Below, in pieces: positions 12,863-25,870 of a stretch of DNA of 64,000 bases (the stretch's first letter is position 1; the number at the start of each line of letters is the position of its first letter). The stretch covers positions 23,376,001 to 23,440,000 of the forward strand of contig CM075987.1 in the NCBI GenBank assembly GCA_038087875.1, written 5' to 3'. Under the pieces are notes generated by a model. It did not search any database and had not been told where the DNA came from. It saw nothing but the letters and a program-made list of their open reading frames with translations. Made by a program: the position numbers and the translations under genes. Origin of the DNA: Malacoraja senta (taxonomy: Eukaryota).

Positions 12863-13183
12863 GGGCGTCCACGGTGGCACAGCGGTAGAGTTGCTGCCTT
12901 ACAGCGATTGCCGCACCGGAGACCCGGGTTCGATCCTGACCACGGGTGCTGTCTGTACGGAGTTTTTACGTTCTTCCCGTGACCTCGTTTTCTCCAGGAT
13001 TTTCAGTTTCCTCCCACACTGCAAAGACGTGCAGGTATGTAGGTAAATTGGCTTGGTAAATGTTTTTAAAAAATTGTCGCTAGTGTGTGTAGGATAGTGT
13101 TAATATGCGGGCATCGCTGGTCGGCGCGGACCCGGTGGGCCGAAGGGCCTGTTTCCGCACTGTATCTCCAGACTAAACTAAAG
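12863..13183 (+). mobile_element. HE1-type V-SINE
   Basis: A/B boxes, V-domain, CTAAA tail. Confidence 0.88.
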
Positions 13184-13764
13184 TGGAGCAGTGACCAGCT
13201 GCAATCACAAAAGTAGAGGACGGGGCTACTGAGGAGGTGTTACCACGGCCTTCTCTAGAGAGTGGAGTCACAAGAGTCATTCTCCACTTCCCCTTCCCTC
13301 AAGCTGCCATGGTTCAGCCTCTCCAGTTGCCGCCTTGTACTCCTCCTACCTATCTCGCTTTGTTCCCGACCCCAGTTCGGGAAGCTGAGGCACCTGAGAC
13401 CTCTGGCATAGCCTGAGTCCCCGAACCTTCTCCAAAAATTGCCAGCTGGCATTTGCAGAAGACCGACGGGAAGCCAGAAGAAAACCGACTGTTTGTATTA
13501 CATTCTACTGATGTTTACCAGCCCTAAGCACTTGCCAACCGATGTTAACATGTTCCTTGGTACACAAAAATGCTGGAGAAACTCAGCGGGTGCAGCAGCA
13601 TCTATGGAGCGAAGGAAATAGGTAACGTTTCGGGCCGAAACCCTTCTTCAGACTGGGAGGGTCTTTCCTGAAGAGTGTGCTGGCCACGACCAGGTGACCG
13701 GCAGTGAAGAGCCATCCGTTCTTCAATTTCCACTGCCTCTTGCTTACAGAAATGTTTCATAACA

Positions 13765-14205
13765 TATGATGAGCGTTTGACAGCACTGGGCCTGTCCTCG
13801 CTGGAGTTTAGAAGGAGGAGGGGGGGACCTCATTGAAACTTATGGAATAGTGAAAGGCCTGGATAGAGTGGGCGTGGAGAAGATGTTTCCACAAAGTGGC
13901 TGAGTATGGAGCCAGAGGGCGCAGTCTTGGGATAAAAAGCATGTAGGTATAGAACGGAGATGAGGAGCAATTTCTGAGGGTGGTGAACCAATAGGATACA
14001 TTGCCACAGACAGCCGTGGAGGGCAAGCCATTGGGTGTTTTTAAGGCAGAGATAGATAGATTCTCGATTGGTACGGGTGTCAGGAGTTATGGGGAGAAGG
14101 CAGGAGAATGGGGTTGAGAATGAAAGATAGATCAGCCATGATTGAATGGCGGAGTAGACCCAATGGGCCGAATGGCCTAGTTCTGCTCCTATGACTTATG
14201 AACTA
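13765..14205 (+). mobile_element. CR1 LINE 3' fragment
   Basis: Same CR1 subfamily as 11260-11665. Confidence 0.85.
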
Positions 14206-14445
14206 ACTTCATTCCTTGAAAGTTTCATTACATCCTAAGTTCCTGGCTTCCCTTGCTCCATCTGCCCTTTCAGTACCCTGTCATTAAAGCTTTGATCAAA
14301 TCACTTCTTGATCTTCCACATTCCAGGGAATTAAGTGGCTTTGTGCATTTCTGGCCTTTGCTTTTTCTCCTTCCGTGTTTCTGAGCTCACTGGGCTCCAG
14401 GAATATCACTTCTCCTCTGCCCATCCACTGACATAGTGAGCCTTG

Positions 14446-14648
14446 CACCTCAACACCAGCTCCCAGCCGTCACCTCAACACCAGCTCCCAGCTCTCACCT
14501 CAACACCAGCTCCCAGCTCTCACCTCAACACCAGCTCCCAGCTGTCACCTCAACACCAGCTCCCAGCTCTCACCTCAACACCAGCTCCCAGCTCTCACCT
14601 CAACACCAGCTCCCAGCTCTCACCTCAACACCAGCTCCCAGCTCTCAC
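14446..14648. repeat. 25-bp minisatellite (CACCTCAACACCAGCTCCCAGCTCT) x8
   Basis: Direct reading of tandem units. Confidence 0.97.
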
Positions 14649-15070
14649 ATCAGTCTGGGACTTTGTACACTCTCACTGGTGGGATTATGAGTTACAGTGC
14701 AATCTCCCCCCATAACTGATAAACAATGTTCAAATTATTCAATGATGAAGAGATTTGGATGTATGCTCCAGGGAGTAGAGAAAGGACAATTAGTTTGGTA
14801 TCTAGTTCCTGTTGCTCACTGCCCTTACTCATGCTAAGAGTTATGAGCTTTTGAAATAGATCAGTGGCCCAGAATTTAAGTCAAGGTATTGATCTAACCA
14901 AGCCAAGGTGTATATGTTGTCTCCGGCCCAGACCAGTTACCACAGCCACGTTTGTTTTCTCGGGCTCGGACACGTATTGATCTAACTGTTACAGGACCTG
15001 ACTTATGGCACGCACTCGTATATCAGCTCCATTGTTTGAACTGTCTCCATGTAACCTCCTGATGTTATTG

Positions 15071-15487
15071 AGGGAACAGCACCTCATGTTTCGCTTGGGC
15101 AGATTACAACCCAGCGGTATGAATGTTGATTTCTCTAATTTCAAGTAACTCCTGCATTCCCTCTCCCCCCCCCCCCCTCCTTCCACCTTAATCGTCCTAC
15201 TAGTTGTACTGTTCGCATATTTGTAACCCTTTGTTACCACCTCTTCCCCAGCCAACAATGGACCATTGTGGGCTCCACCCTTCCTTAGTCATCTGTCGCC
15301 GACCCTAATTTGTTCTGGCCTTTTCCTACCTCTAGTTCCCTCCCCTCTACTGTCAGTCTGAAGAAGGGTCCCGACCCGAAATGTCACCCAGCCTTATTCT
15401 CCAGAGATGCTGCCTGACCCGCTGAGGTACTCCAGGACTTTACGTCTATCTTTGGTGTAAACCAGCGTCTGTAGTTCCTTTCTACAC
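15071..15487 (+). mobile_element. Penelope-like element 3' end with pLTR
   Basis: EQHLMFRLGRLQPSGMNVDFSNFK* then CTGAAGAAGGGTCCCGACCCGAAATGTC at ~15358. Confidence 0.82.
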
Positions 15488-16819
15488 CTGTTGAAGTTCT
15501 GTCTTTTCTCTCAGGCGAGGAATAGACCTGTTCTTTAGCATAACCATGCCCTCCCGACCGTCAACGTGATAGCAGACGGTTCATCATTTCTCCGATAGTT
15601 CGATAACTCCCAATGAAATCTCCCAGGCACAAACTTTCCCCGGGATTTGACGTTTAGTGTGCTATTTGGCGCTTTGCACCACATTTGTTGGTGGGTCAAG
15701 AAGCCAGAAAGCCTCAGAGGCACGAACGCTGCTTGCCATACCCACATCCGTGGTGGAAAGTTCCGCCTTCTCCCCACATCGCTGGGTAAAGAGGTCTCTT
15801 TGAATCCCCCGTTTAATTTCTTGCTGACTGGTCTGTTCCGATGGCCTCCAGTTTCCTCACTGCCCACATGAAGATATCAATGGATATTTTTAAGGCAGAG
15901 ATAGAGAGATTCTTGATTAGTGCGGGTGTCGGGGGTTGTGGGGAGAAAGCAGGAGAATGGGGTTAGGAGGAAGAGAAAGATCAGCTGTGATTGAATGGCA
16001 GAGTAGACTTGATGGGCCGAATGGCCTAATTCTGTGCCTATGAAACCTTATGAAACCTTTCATAATTTCAAAGAGGTTTATTGGAGCTGATTGGGTCAAG
16101 ATAGAAGACTGTACACCCTTTCTGAAGTGTAATCCTCCTTGCAATGTTTGCATCGTCTTGTTCTTGGACCCCGAGCTTCTTAGTCCTTTGCATGGCTGGG
16201 CACAGGCTCCTCGAGGAGTAGTCTAACCACGGTGTGGGCTGTTAGGGGAACCATTCCTCCCTAGTGTGCAGGGAGAGTCCCTGAATATCCAGGATGATGC
16301 CTGTGAGAGTAATGTTGGGCCATACCCCAGCATCCAGCCATGACCTACTCAGACTGCGGCATCAGATTCTGAAACAACACGTCCTGTTCTGAAAGTATTG
16401 TTCCCCAGGCATTCTATCGGCTCCGAGTGGAATATTCTGCTCATGACATGTTGGGGACGTTCGAAACAACTCAACCCTTTATGCCCGGGATTGGAGATGC
16501 ATGACGTCCATTACACGTTTTGCCTTTGACATTTCCGTTGGGTTATTTGGAATACTTAGCCGCCCACAGGAGGGAGCACAGCTGCACAGCTCTCTCTCTG
16601 TGTGTGCTCTTGCCCTTTAAAGGCGAGCGTGGGTTTGTTCTGGCAAATCTCTCTCGCAAGACACATTCAAGCCATTATCTGGACTTCTTCTCCCCCTCGG
16701 CCGAGAGTCCCATCACTCCCCTTACTTAGAGTGAGCTCCCCTAACTATCTTCCGTATGACTCCAGCTGTTGAAGTCACCTCATAGCGATCGCATTAGACG
16801 CCCGCCCTTCATCTCTGGT

Positions 16820-17545
16820 CTAAAGAATGGGTCGACTGGGCTTGTATTCACTGGAATTTAGAAGGATGATCTTATGGAAACATATAAAATTCTTAGAGGA
16901 TTGGACAGGGTAGACGCAGGAAAAATGTTCCCGATGTTGGGGGAGTCAAGAACCAGGGGTCGCAGTTTAAGAATAGACAAAAGTGCTGGAGGAACTCAGC
17001 GGGTGCGGCAGCATCTATGGAGCGAAGGAAATAGGCAACGTTTCGGCCCGAAACCCTTAAGGAAATAGGCAACCCTTAAGGAAATAACCCTTAAGGAAAT
17101 AGGCAACGTTTCGGGCCGAAACCCTTGGGTTTCGGCCCGAAACGTTGCCTATTTCCTTCGCTCCCTAGATGCTGCCGCACCCGCTGAGTTTCTCCAGCAC
17201 TTTTGTCTACCTTCGATTTTCCAGCATCTGCAGTTCCTTCTTGAACGTCACAGTTTAAGAATAAGGGGTAGGCCTTTTAGGACCGAGATGAGGAAAAACT
17301 TTTTCTCCCAGAGAGTTGGGGATCTGTGGAATTCTCTGCCACAGAAGGCAGTGGAGGCCAATTCACTGGATGTTTTCAAGAGAGAGTTAGATTTAGCTCT
17401 TCGGGCTAAGGGAATCAAGGGATATGGGGAAAGAGCCGGAACGGGGTACTGATTTTGGGCGATCAGCCATCATCGTATTGAATGGCGGTGCTGGCTCAAA
17501 GGGCCGAATGGCCTACTCCTGCACCTATTTTCTATGTTTCTATTC
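16820..17545 (+). mobile_element. CR1/HER1 LINE 3' fragment containing a nested hairpin element
   Basis: ETYKILRGLDRVDAGKMFPMLGESRTRG..; interrupted at 16976-17246. Confidence 0.9.
16976..17246. mobile_element. Penelope-derived hairpin element, CCCTTAAGGAAATA subfamily
   Basis: Long inverted arms; 17-bp TSD GTC(G/A)CAGTTTAAGAATA at 16959-16975 and 17247-17263. Confidence 0.82.
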
Positions 17546-17964
17546 CAAGCCAATCATAACAGACACAAAAAAGCTGGAGTAACCCAGCGGGTCTGGCAGC
17601 ATCTCTGGAGAGAAGGAATGGGTGACGTTCCGGGTCGAGACCCTTCTTCATTCATTTGATGTGTGCGTTAGGCTGTGAACATTCACTCATCTACATTACG
17701 AATAAATATTTCTCAGTGCAACTCACTACTCGATCCCACCTTTTGCCGAGAGCCTTTAAAGCTACAGGGGTTGCTTTCCACCATCATCAACTACTTTTTA
17801 ATAGGGCGGGAAGGGGTCCTGCAACCAGGTGTGGTGACAGGCAGTTGATAGGACTTCTGTAACTTTGTCTGCAACCAACACGCGGACGCGCTGGTGTGCT
17901 GGCTGGGTTGTATACAAAACACAGCTCTGCACTGGTACCCCTAGGTACCCCAATATGAAGTATC

Positions 17965-18340
17965 GATACGATACAATAGAACTTTACTTATCCAAGGGGG
18001 GAAATTGATCTGCCAACAGTTAATGTGAAGAGTGGGAAGGATTGGGGGATGGGGGGCGGGGGGGGGAGTCAGTCTCAGTCTACCCCACGACAGAAGGGGG
18101 AGGAGTTCTACAGTTTGATAGCCACGGGGAAGGAGGATCTCCTGTGGCGTTCTATAGACAATAGACAATAGGTGCAGGAGTAATTTGGCCCTTCGAGCCA
18201 GCACCGCCATTCAATGTGATCTGTCCTGCACTTTGGTGGAAGCAGTCTGTTGCTGAAGGTGCTCCTCAGGTTGACCAGTGTGTCATGGAGGGGGTGAGCC
18301 GTATTGTCCAGGAAGCTCTGCAGTTTGAGGAGCATCACCT
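17965..18340 (-). mobile_element. Rex1/Babar-like LINE 3' end with nested CR1 tail (~18153-18220)
   Basis: LQSFLDNTAHPLHDTLVNLRSTFSNRLLPPKCRT / ERHRRSSFPVAIKL. Confidence 0.8.
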
Positions 18341-18670
18341 TGAGGAGCATCGTTCATTCATCCATTTTAATTCTGAGAACCAAATCACTGTGAGGGAAAT
18401 AAATGTAGACCTACCCCCCCACGGAGGGAAAGGAACTGAAGGATAACGCTTCATTAGACTGACTTTTATGGTGCGGAGAGGTCAGGAGCAGTTTGGCCAA
18501 AAAGTGACTCCAGGGTAGCAAGCTGTGAACTGGAACTGCTCAACTCACTCTGGAGATAGCGGGGAGGTGAACATGGATGGATTGGGAATAAGGTTCCCAG
18601 CGTTTCCAGGATAAAGTGGTAGTGCGGTGATAAGAAATATGATTGAGTTGCATTGATGGAGATTTCACTT

Positions 18671-19097
18671 TCACTTTAGTTTCTTGTCACGTGTACCGAG
18701 GTACAGTGAAAAGCATTTGTTGCGTGCGAACCAGTCAGCGGTCCGAGGGTCACCAATGATGTAGATAGTCATTCGGCACTGCTCTCTGGTTGTGGTAGGA
18801 TGATTCAGTTGCCTGATAACAGCTGGGAAGAAACTGTCCCTGAATCTGGAGGTGTGCGTTTTCACACTTCTGTACCTTGTTCCTGATGGGAGAGGGGAGA
18901 AGAGGGAATGGCCAGGGGGTGCGACTCCTCCGTGATTATGCTGCTGGCCTTGCCGCGGCAGCGTGAGGTATAAATGGAGTCAATGGAAGGGAGGTTGGTT
19001 TGTGTGACGGTCTGGGCTGCGTCCACAATTCGCTGCAATTTCTTGCGGTCTTGGATGGAGCTGTTCCCAAACCGTGCTGTGATGCAGCCCGATAAAT
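18671..19097 (-). mobile_element. Rex1/Babar-like LINE 3' end
   Basis: CITARFGNSSIQDRKKLQRIVDAAQ..LPSIDSIY..RFRDSFFPAVIRQLN. Confidence 0.82.
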
Positions 19098-19257
19098 GAA
19101 CACAATCTGCAAATTGTAAAGTCAACGGAGAATAGGGAGCCCTGTTCACATCACACCTCTCATACGTTTGCAGGTGTCAAGGTACTTTTCATCAGTGTTC
19201 ACCCTTGTTTAGGGTGGACAAAACTAGCAAGCAGTTCACACAATCAGAAACGGGTCT

Positions 19258-19489
19258 CACACACACTGACCCTCACTGGGGTACAGGTCCCACACACACA
19301 CTGACTGACCCTCACTGGGGTACAGGTCCCCCCCACACACACACACTGACCCTCACTGGGGTACAGGTCCCCCCCACACACACACACTGACCCTCACTGG
19401 GGTACAGGTCCCACACACACACTGACTGACCCTCACTGGGGTACAGGTCCCACACACACACACACACAGTGACCCTCACTGGGGTACAG
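19258..19489. repeat. ~40-bp minisatellite, CTGACCCTCACTGGGGTACAGGTCC plus (CA)n, x6
   Basis: Six copies of CCCTCACTGGGGTACAG separated by variable CA runs. Confidence 0.95.
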
Positions 19490-19985
19490 TTTCTACAGCA
19501 GAGACAATCGGTGATTCTGAGACGGACGACATCATTCCTCAGTCATTTCTGATTTTGCTGGTACAAGGTAGGGAAGGATTGTTGCGAACTGCAGTGGGTG
19601 GGAAAGGCATGTTACACATGACTAGGGCATTGAGGGGAAGAGCTAATTAGTGGGAAGCCGCCACTTTAATTTGTGTTATTGAATGCTTTTAATCGAGTTG
19701 CATTGAAATCGCACCTTTATCTTTGCAAATCGTCCTGGAAATTTTCACCAGAATATAATTTTAAGTTGCAACGGACAATGAACCGGTAAAATGACACTTC
19801 ACTCTAGTTCTCAAGTAGTGTCTTGGTCCATCCGAACTAAATGTCACTCCCTTGAATCATGTATCTGTGAATGGCTCGTCTGTAAGCATGTGTTGTCATT
19901 CTGGTTAGCACGCAACAAAAGCTGTTCACTCTACCTCGGTACACGTGACAATAAACTAAGCTAAACTAAACCAAACTAAACTAAA

Positions 19986-20260
19986 GGTAGACAAAATTGC
20001 TGGAGAAACTCAGCGGGTGAGGCAGCATCTATGGAGCGAAGGAAATAGACAACGTTTCGGGCCGAAACCCTTAAGGGAATAGGCAACCCTTAAGGAAATA
20101 ACCCTTAAGGAAATAGGCAAAGTTTCAGGCCGAAACCCTTGGGTTTCGGCCCGAAACGTTGCCTATTTCCTTCGCTCCATAGATGCTGCCGTAACCGCTG
20201 AGTTTCTCCTGCAATTTTGTCTACCTTTGATTTTCCAGCATTTGCAGTTCCTTCTTGAAC
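19986..20260. mobile_element. Penelope-derived hairpin element, CCCTTAAGGAAATA subfamily
   Basis: Same internal structure as 16976-17246; flanked by AAACTAAACTAAA on both sides. Confidence 0.8.
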
Positions 20261-20317
20261 AAACTAAACTAAATCGAACTCCCCGAACCCTCCCCTTGCT
20301 GATCGTAATCTCCATGT

Positions 20318-20617
20318 TTAGTGATACAGCGTGGAAACGGGCCATCCGGCCTAGCACCCAGCGATCCCCGCACATTAACACTATCCTACGCCCACTAGGG
20401 ACAATTTACATTTATACCCAGCCAATTGACCTGCAAACCTGTACGTCTGTGGAGTGCGGGAGGAAACCGAAGATCTCGGGGAAAACCCACGCGGCCATGC
20501 CATGGGGAGAAGGTACAAACTCCGTCCAGAGAAGCACCCGCAGTCGGGATCGAACCTGGGTCTCTGGCGCTGTAGCTGTAAGGCAGCAACTCTGCCGCTG
20601 CGCCACCGTGCCGCCCT
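20318..20617 (-). mobile_element. HE1-type V-SINE
   Basis: Reverse complement of the SINE consensus. Confidence 0.88.
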
Positions 20618-22416
20618 TGGCAATCCTGTGCATATGCAGATATATTTCAAGGTGGACATCATCTCCCCGCACCGTGTGTCAGCTCAGGGGGCTGCCAGTG
20701 TACCTGGACCTGTAGACTTGGGCAGCAATGGAGATCTCCAGAGCTTTGCCGACATGAAGTGGGCCGCGGGCAGAGCAGTCTCGGTCAGCCGGATGTCAGC
20801 TGGCTTTGATGCAGTAAGTTTGGGGGAGAGAGAGAGAGAGAGAGCAGCCCTCCGTGAAACAGACACTGTCATTGAAGCACAACACCTGCTTTCTCAAACT
20901 GTGTGGTTTTGTTTGTTCCGCTTTCAAAGCCAGCGGTGGAGTCGAGCTTTGAAGGTGGAAGCAGCTGCGGCTTGCGGACAGGTGTGGTGCAGCTTGTGAG
21001 TCGCAGTGGACACATTCGGCAGCTCGCACTGGCCACAGGCGGTCCACACAGTAGCAGCCAGGGTAGACACAAAATACTGGAGTAGCGCGGCAAGACAGGC
21101 AGCATCTCTGGAGAGAAGGGACACAAAATGCTGGAGTAACTCACACTGTCCCGCTGAGTTACTCCAGCATGTTGTGTCCATCTTTGGTGTAAACCAGCAT
21201 CTGCAGTTCCTTCCTAAACATTGGTCTCAGGAGCAGCTTCTTCCCCTCTGTCATCAAGTTTCTGAATGGTCCTTCCACAAGCTAGGGTACTGTACAATTG
21301 CACATATACCCCTTTGCGGACATTGGACTTTGTCTCTGGAACTGTTGCTCGACAATGCTGAGAACTGATATTCTGCACTCTGTATCTTCCCATTGTTCTG
21401 CCCATTATACTTGAGTATGGCTCGATAGTGGTCATGTACCGTGTTATCTGATTGAATTGAATAGCATGTGAAACATTTAGACTGGTGCATGGATAGGACA
21501 GGTTTGGAGGGAATGGGCCAAATGCAGGCAGGAGAGACTAGTGTAGATGGGACATGTTTGTTGGTGTTGGCAAGTTGGGATGAAGGGCCTGTTTCCACAC
21601 TGTATGACTCTAGGACAAAGCTTTTCACAGTACGTCAGTGTGCGTGACGATGATACAATCCTAAACATAAATTTAAACTGCTTTATGCTTTGTACATAAC
21701 AGAAGCTGATACCAGCACCGCACCACACCATGAGTTGTTGCTTTTTAATTTAATTTGTGCTTTATTGATTGCAACTTCACTCCTGTGCAGTGGGTATTAT
21801 TTGAAAGATTGCAGGCTTGTGTCTCAGCTGTTTGAACTCCTTGATCTCAGATTGGCTGGAAGATAAATGCAGCTTAAACCATCACACCTGCACACGAGAA
21901 ACAGCTGGAAAGCTCAAGGCTCTCGAGCGGGCTCGGGAAAACGCTGCTTAACAACTTGTATCATTCCTACCAGAGTTTGTGTTGGATCATTCTATCACAG
22001 AGACCGTCTAACCATTAGTGGAAGATAGACACAAAGTGCTTGTGCACCTCGAAGATAGACACACAGTGTTGGAGTATCTCAGCGGGACAGGCAGCATCTC
22101 TGGAGAGAAGGAACGGGTGACGTTTCGGGTCGAGACCCTTCTTCAGACTGAGAGTCAGGGGAGAGGGAGTCTAGAGATATGGACGGGTAAGGTTAGAACG
22201 AAAGATCAAAGCAGATGATGATAAGGAAATGTAGAATGGTTCATTGTTAGCTGAGGGGAAGGTGGAAATTATCTCAGTGGGTCAGGCAGCATCTCTGGAG
22301 AAAAAGGATGGGTGACATTTCGGGTTGGAATAGTCCAAAATCCCGTTTTTGTTCTTGCTTCTCTCAAGGAATGGAAATGTTTCCATGAAGATTTGTTCCG
22401 CTGTGTAAGGCATAGA

Positions 22417-22877
22417 TCATAGAAACATAGAAACATAGAAAATAGGTGCAGGAGTAGGCCATTCGGCCCTTCGAGCCTGCACCGCCATTCAATATGATCA
22501 TGGCTGATCATCCAACTCAGTATCCTGTACCTGCTTTCTCTCCATACCCCCTGATCCCTTTAGCCACAAGGGCCACATCTAACTCCCTCTTAAATATAGC
22601 CAATGAACTGGCATCAACTACCTTCTGTGGCAGAGAATTCCAGAGATTCACCACTCTCTGTGTAAAAAATGTTTTTCTCATCTCGGTCCTAAACGATTTC
22701 CCCTTTATCCTTAAACTGTAACCCCTTGTTCTAGACTTCCCCAACATCGGGAACAATCTTCCTGCATCTAGCCTGTCCAACCCCTTAAGAATTTTGAAAG
22801 TATCTATAAGATCCCCCCTCAATCTTCTAAATTCTAGCGAGTACAAGCCGAGTCTATCCAGTCTTTCTTCATATGAC
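22417..22877 (-). mobile_element. HER1/CR1 LINE 3' end
   Basis: YEERLDRLGLYSLEFRRLRGDLI..RTRG.SLRI..FFTQRVVNLWNSLP; (TTTCTATG)n tail. Confidence 0.93.
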
Positions 22878-23659
22878 TCCTGCAATACTCAATACTTGAA
22901 TCTCATCTATTTCCAATCTATGTAATGATCAATTAGTGGAGTTGATTTAATCTATTGTGGACTCTTCCACCAAATCAATTTCGAAAGCCACCGAAATGAT
23001 AACATTATTTTCAAGATAGAAAACATAGGGGTACTTGACAGTAATATAACACCCTGGTTAGACCCATCTGGAGTACTTTATGTGAATCAGGGAGGAAATA
23101 TAGAAATAAATATTTGCATTTCTGTGGTGCATGCTTTCAAAATGTTCCAAAGGGCTTTTGAAGTGGAGCCACATGAAGATTGGAAAAGTTGCCTTTTGGG
23201 GTAGAGGCATATATGTGGTAGAGGAACATTGTAGGTTAATTGGCCTCTGTAATTTGCACCCACTGTGCAAGGAGTGGATGAGAAAATGGGATAACGTAGA
23301 ACTAGTGTGAAATGGTGATCAATGGTCGGAGTGGGCCCGAAAGGCCTGTTTCCATGCTGTATCTCTAAATTAAACTAAGCTTTGGCAAGTAGGCTGAAAA
23401 TCCCAGGAGTGTAGAATTCCTGAAGTGTAGAAGATTGTGTGTTTTAAGTGTGGTAGTATTTTAAAATCATTTAAAAAAAATGAAATCAGTGTTACCTCCT
23501 TAAAGGGAATTTTGTAGAAGACCTGGAGATATTGGAGGGGACTTTTTGGAGCTATTCACAGTTATGGCAGAAAAATGAAAAAATAAAGAGAAGCCTATTG
23601 CTAGGTGGGTTGGCAGCCAGATGACACACATTTAAGGTAATCCCCAAATTACCTTATTT

Positions 23660-23897
23660 GTGGTGGTGAATCTGTGGAATTCTTTGCCACAGAAGGCTGT
23701 GGAGGCCAAGGCAGTGGATATTTTTAAGGCAGAGATAGATAGATTCTAGATTAGTATGGGTGTCAGGGGTTATGGGGAGAAGGCAGGGGAATGGGGGTTT
23801 GGAGGGAGAGATAGATCAGCCATGATTGAATGGCGGAGTAGACTTGATGGGCCGAATGGCCTAATTCTACTCCTATCCCTTATGGCCCTATGACCTT
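23660..23897 (+). mobile_element. CR1 LINE 3' end
   Basis: GTGGTGAATCTGTGGAATTC..GATCAGCCATGATTGAATGGCGG. Confidence 0.85.
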
Positions 23898-24976
23898 GTG
23901 AACCAGATGTGAGGTAACATGGAGCAGTACAGCACAAGTACATGGCCCTTCGGCCCTAACTGCCTGTGCCGAGCATGAGGCCAAGATCACCACCTATCCA
24001 CTTGCACTTACCCCATATTCCTCCATTCCCTGCATATCCATGTGGCAATCGAATAGTCTTATAAATGCCACGACCTAGCTGCTTCAAACACTACCCGGCA
24101 GCATATTCCAGGTACTCAAACAAATAATTGCTCCACACATCTGCTTTAAACTTTCCTCCTCTCACCTGTCCTCTGGTGGTTCTTATTTCCATCCCGGGGA
24201 ACAAGATTATGACTGTCTATCCTATCCATGCCTCTGCTAATTTTATTATTCATTTCCCACAAACCTCCGGCGTTCTAGGGAAAACAATCCTCGTCTGTCC
24301 AACTTCTCCCTGGAGCTAATAGCCCCTTAATCCAGGCCCCATTCTTGTCAACCACCTCGGCACCCTTTCCAAAGACTCCACTTCCTTCCTGTAATGAGGC
24401 GATCAGGCAGAATACTCCAAGTGTGTCCCAACCCAAGTCCCACGAAGCTGCATCAGGACTTCAAGGTCACGATGCAGCTTGACAAAGAAACTTTATACGC
24501 TGCGAGCTGTTGCAATCGGAAGGCGCGTGGAAGTAGTTTCCATACCTGCTGGAAGTAGGAATTGGACTGGGCTATAGGGGATGAGATTTGCATGGCTTCC
24601 AATGAGTGGCCATAGACACAGTGGGCCAAAAATGAGCTCACTCAGCATTGTGAGCTTCAACGATTCCACCAAATCAGTTGTTAAAATACATCAGGTCTAG
24701 GCGCAGAAATAGGCCATTCTGCCCTTCAGGTCTATTCCGCCATTCAATCATGGCTGATCTATCTTTCCCTCTCAGCCCCATTCTCCTGCCTTCTCCCCAT
24801 AACCCCTGACAAGATGTATCTTCTGTGTACATTCCTGTTAAACAGTCTGTTGGAGCATTAGATGTTGTGTAAAAGTAACTTAATGCCTGATTTAAATGAA
24901 GGGAGGTGGGGGCAGGTTTGCTGAGAGTCTGGGTTGGCATGAGCTGGATTTTAATCATCTTCTCTTCTTCCAACAG

Positions 24977-25144
24977 TGGAGCCAGTGGACATCCTGAAGA
25001 TTCTACAACTTCACACCTTACCCGATGGAATAGAGAGAGTAACTGGACTTTGTCCCAACAGAAAATTGACCAGTACTCCAGATGTTGCCTATAAGGTCAC
25101 CCGACTTGCCCAGCTTAGCGCACAAACCAAACAGTTGTACCCAG
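24977..25144 (+). CDS. COL5A1: Collagen alpha-1(V)-like exon (equivalent to exon 2; start of TSPN/PARP domain)
   Basis: Acceptor ttcttccaacAG and donor G|GTAAGG; 168 bp, phase 1-1. Translates (x)[55 protein letters not shown], matching the COL5A1/COL11A1 motif PDVAYRVT..AQLSAPTKQL(Y/F)P. Paralog (COL5A1 vs COL5A3) uncertain. Confidence 0.9.
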
Positions 25145-25587
25145 GTAAGGCCAGTTGTTTGTCTCCCAGCTTTTCCCAGGTAAGAATGTCTCCCTTGCAT
25201 TTTGCCCTGTGCCTTTGAGACGGCCACAGAAAGCTTGCAAAGCAGCGACTTCTAGACCAATGTGCCAAGGATCCAACTGCACAGTAGTCTGTCTTACAAC
25301 CAATGTCTTCTGAATGAAATGGGTATTAGTAATAGGAAGTGTCCTTTGGAAAATAATGACCAGATAATCAATGGACAGAAATTAGAAAAATAAATAGACG
25401 GGCAAGCTTTAATTAGTGGACTCCTGTATTGATCAATGCTTGCATGTCATCAGTTTCCAATCAATATAATGGTTTGTGTGAAGAGACTGAGGGCATCCAC
25501 GTCTACTGATCAAAGAGGGCGATGTGGGAAGGCAAGCTGTAAGGTGGCTGTAGAGGCGTACACCATCAATGTGGAGGCCTTCCCCAC

Positions 25588-25870
25588 AGCGCCAGAGACC
25601 TGGGTTCAATCCTGACTTCGGGTGCTTGTCTGCAAAAAGTTTGTACGTTCTCCCCGTGACCTGCGTGGGTTTTCTCCGGGTGTTCCGGTTTCTTCCCACA
25701 CTTCAAAGGCGTACAGGTTTGTAGGTACATTGGCTTGGTGTACGTGTAAATTATCACTAGTGTCCATAGGATAGTGCGGGGATCGCTGGCCGGCGCGGAC
25801 TCGATGGGCCGAAGGGCCTGTGTCCACGCTATATCTCCAAACTAAGCTAAACTAAAATTAAAATTAAAAT
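25588..25870 (+). mobile_element. HE1-type V-SINE
   Basis: B-box, V-domain and tail. Confidence 0.87.

Noticed and set aside
14446..19489. Short tandem arrays as CRISPR-like
   Set aside because: No unique spacers; vertebrate minisatellites.
1..24976. Collagen exon 1 or promoter
   Set aside because: No signal-peptide exon found; CpG-rich patches here belong to transposons, so exon 1 is probably upstream of the window or in the gap at 6452-6651.
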